64,000 bases of DNA. Source: Dendrobates tinctorius (lineage: Eukaryota). Location of the stretch: assembly GCF_039654945.1 (NCBI RefSeq), contig NW_027361806.1, positions 27,962,001 to 28,026,000 of the forward strand, read 5' to 3'. Shown piece by piece: positions 60,845-64,000 of this stretch (its first letter is position 1; the number at the start of each line of letters is the position of its first letter). A program made the translations under genes and the position numbers. The notes below the pieces were generated by a model. It had not been told where the DNA came from, made no database searches, and worked only from the letters and a program-made list of their open reading frames with translations.

Positions 60845-61341
60845 GATTTATGTAGCAAGTAAGGGGCAGACTACCAGGATCCACTATATGGAAGGATCAC
60901 AGGTCCCAAATCTAGTGAGAATCCCTCTTGTAACAGGAGCTTCCAGCGCTGAGGCTTCCGTATGACCTGGGATTGGAGTTTTCCTACTGGCCCCGTTGTT
61001 GTACACTGTGAACGTTTCGCCCCTGGGGAACATCACGCGGCTTACTCTGCTGTCCACGCAGCGTCCTGCCCTCGTCTGACCCCTGTCGCCATTCCTCAGT
61101 GATCACGTCATATAATGCGACCTGAACACGAAGTGCTGAGATTCTTTACCTGCACATCATGAATATTCATCTCTGCTCCAATTATTCATCTTTCTGACCC
61201 AGTGGAAAGTTTTCAAGCAGCAAAAGTCAGATTTAGAGAATTGTATCTGGAGAAATAAATTCCATCTGCTATAAAACAAAATCCTGCTGCTCAGTCCAGG
61301 CCTGGGGGAGCATCTAGGGGAACGCACACTTGTTGAAGGGT
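60845..61341. repeat. Direct repeat copy 1 (copy 2 at 63518-64000)
   Basis: About 490 bp shared with few differences. Confidence 0.92.
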
Positions 61342-61989
61342 GGACGGTTATTCTGGTCGTCCTGTGTAGCAGAGTGTTTGAGCTCTCCTTCCTCCCAATC
61401 ACTGAGCTCAGCCGATGTAGAGGGCAGGAGCCGCTGAGCTCAGTGATTGGCTGCAGCGGTGACCAGAGCGGCAGTGCAGACACAGCAGGACCTGAGGAAG
61501 AGAAATGGGCTAAAAAGGTTATAATAGGACAACTCCTTTAAATGGAAATATTTTGGACTAGAAGCCATTTATACTGTTGGGATTGGTTCGGCTTTGTTCA
61601 GCGTTTGCTTTTACAGGTTCTTTGTTTCCGGCACGTCGTTGGCTGCAGAGTGAACGGAGAATTTGTCGTTATTCTGACTTTTATCTTTCTTTTTCTAAGC
61701 TGGTTTATGACCCCATGACAGTTCTGCTGATCTCAGATGTTGTCACACACCTTGAGAAAGTCGGGATGGAGGACACACGTCAGTGTGACGCCATCATGCT
61801 GCACTTTACACGCCGACTTGTCTGCTAATTAGAGGCACTGACCACCATTGTCAGAGGACCTATGAGTTGTGTCTACCTTCCTCTCATGGCCCCTCTCTGA
61901 AGGTTCCTCTAGAGCCTTACAAGTGTCAGTTCATCTCCTGAACAGATGACTACTCCACCCAGCCTCCTCTTACATGAAATGATGGGCCG

Positions 61990-63060
61990 AGGAAGGCTAT
62001 GATCTGTGAAAGCCAGGACTTTGATTATTTCCTTGACGGGACGTCTGGTAAATGTTCGTCCTGCATGGATTGTGAGTAAACAGCGGAGATTCCTCATCTT
62101 CATCTCACTGATATCAGGGTGTGAACCATCGCTTGGTTGTTGGCACCTAATGGAGATATAGATGTACATGGCTCCCTCCATTGTGATCCATGGCATGGTT
62201 CAAGTAGAGCGAGCCGTCGGACGAGGCGGCACCATCTCTCTTCAGCTTATATGGAGAAGCTTTTGTCAGGAAGGCCGGACTTACCGAAAAAGAAGAAGGA
62301 ATCAAGATTTCTGGACCAATCACCAACAATCTTAAATGCGCAGACAATACAACATTGATAGTAACAAGCCTAGATGGAATGAAGGACGGATTCCGGAGGG
62401 TCAAGATGGAAAGCTCGAGCACGGGACTGCTACTCAACACAAGGAAGACAACGACACTGTCTACTGCCAGGTACGACCGACCGGGACACATCTGAGATGG
62501 ACGACGATGACCTGGAAGTGGTAAAGTTCTTCAACTTACTCAGATCAATAATCGCTCAAGATGAAGCGACAACACCGGAAGTCAATGGGAGAATAGTTAT
62601 GGGAAAATCAACAATGAGGTCACCGGACACGGCCCTTAAATCGAGGAACATTTCACTGGTGACAAAGACCCGGCTCGTACATCGTCTGGGCTTCACTGTG
62701 GTAACATACGGGTGCGAAACCTGAACGATAAAGAAACAAGACAGAAGAACAATCTACAAAATATGGTGGAGAAGGACGTTATCAATACCATGGATGGCAA
62801 GAAGAAGAAATCAAGCCCGACATGTCACTGGAAACAAGGATGACCGAGCCACGACCTGTGGACACATCATACGGAGAGAGCGATCACTGGAGAAGGACAT
62901 CATGGCGGGGAGAATAGAAGGAACAAGGAGAAGAGGAAGAGCAGCAGCCTGATGGCAGGGAAGACCCTGGTGACCGATCTAGTCTGCACAAGATCCATCT
63001 TCCTACAGAGCGCTCATCCACCAAGTCGCCATGGCCCGAAACCGAACCAAAGGCCTTTAA
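61990..63060 (+). mobile_element. Degenerate RTE-clade (BovB-like) LINE 3' fragment
   Basis: GIKISGPITNNLKCADNTTLI (degenerate INNLRYADD), KSRNISLVTKTRLV, TYGCET and SLEKDIMAGRIEGTRRRGR, with stops and frameshifts. Confidence 0.85.
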
Positions 63061-63517
63061 ATAATTATATTGTTATCATTTATCTTCTGCGGAGCCTCCA
63101 TTGCATCTCCAGGCTTTGCTGAGTGAAAGTGTGGACCTAAGTCCAGTGATCCGTTCCTTCCTCAGCTCCAGGGCCTTCGAATGCCGATTCAGATATTCCC
63201 GGCTGCCACCTGATGTTTGCATTTAGTCGCCCGCTCTTTACGCCGCACATAGGTGACATCACTACACTTTCTGCATATTAGTCTCTATATGCAGCTGCTT
63301 TACAATCTGCGATCGTCATCATTTCTCTCTGGCCGGTGACCGGACGGCGGCTTTCTGCTGCACATTATTGGTCTTTCTATCGTCACAATTTCTCCATAAT
63401 GCATTTACTGTTGGGGGAGTTCAGGGGATGTTTTGTGTGTAATAAATACTAATTAATTGTCCTATTTATTGCCGTGGTTATTAGTTCTGGATTGTTTGTG
63501 TAAGTGTTCATTAAAGA

Positions 63518-64000
63518 GATTTATGTAGCAAGTAAGAACCAGACGAACAGGATCCGCTACACGGAAGGATCACTGGTCCCAAATCTTGTGGCGCTTCCAG
63601 CCCTGAGGCTTCCGTATGACCTGGGATTGGAGTTTTCCTACTGGCCCCGTTGTTGTACACTGTGAACGTTTCGCCCCTGGGGAACATCACGCGGCTTATT
63701 CTGCTGTCCACGCAGCGTCCTGCCCTCGTCTGACGCCTGTCGCCATTCCTCAGTGATCACCTCATATAGTGCGACCTGAACACGAAGTGCTGAGATTCTT
63801 TACCTGCACATCATGAATATTCATCTCTTCTCTGCTCCAATTATTCATCTTTCTGACCCAGTGGAAAGTTTTCAAGCAGCAAAAGTCAGATTTAGAGAAT
63901 TGTATCTGGAGAAATAAATTCCATCTGCTATAAAACAAAATCCTGCTGCTCAGTCCAGGCCTGGGGGAGCATCTAGGGGAACACACACTTGTTGAAGGGT
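63518..64000. repeat. Direct repeat copy 2 (runs off the window)
   Basis: Matches 60845-61341. Confidence 0.92.

Noticed and set aside
61610-61700. Candidate DNASE2B exon 4 after a TTTTACAG acceptor
   Set aside because: The translation (GSLFPARRWLQSE) lacks the expected GFWLIHS.P.FP motif, so the exon is probably beyond the window.

Overview
Vertebrate genomic DNA, most likely a frog (inferred from the TE repertoire: T2/Kolobok and Harbinger MITEs, V-SINE, L2, CR1, Tc1). It covers the conserved SAMD13(+) - UOX(-) - DNASE2B(+) block. I assembled by hand a complete 4-exon SAMD13 (113 aa) and a complete 8-exon urate oxidase (302 aa, ending in the peroxisomal signal SKL). I also found the first three exons of DNASE2B, which starts head-to-head about 1.1 kb from UOX; its later exons were not found in the window. 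The main surprise is an intact, intronless PPIL1 (166 aa) lying antisense inside DNASE2B intron 1. It has its own ETS/YY1/CCAAT promoter and polyA signal, and its stop codon is part of a minisatellite unit. SAMD13 intron 1 holds a nested TE stack (MITE > L2 > Penelope-like inverted-repeat element with a minimal hammerhead ribozyme > Harbinger MITE). UOX intron 3 holds a 57-bp minisatellite in which every unit carries a CTCF-like motif, split by a young CR1. About 28 kb of the window is unrelated GC-rich minisatellites, and these account for nearly all the very long ORFs in the track. Gene and TE names come from my recall of the families; no database search was run.
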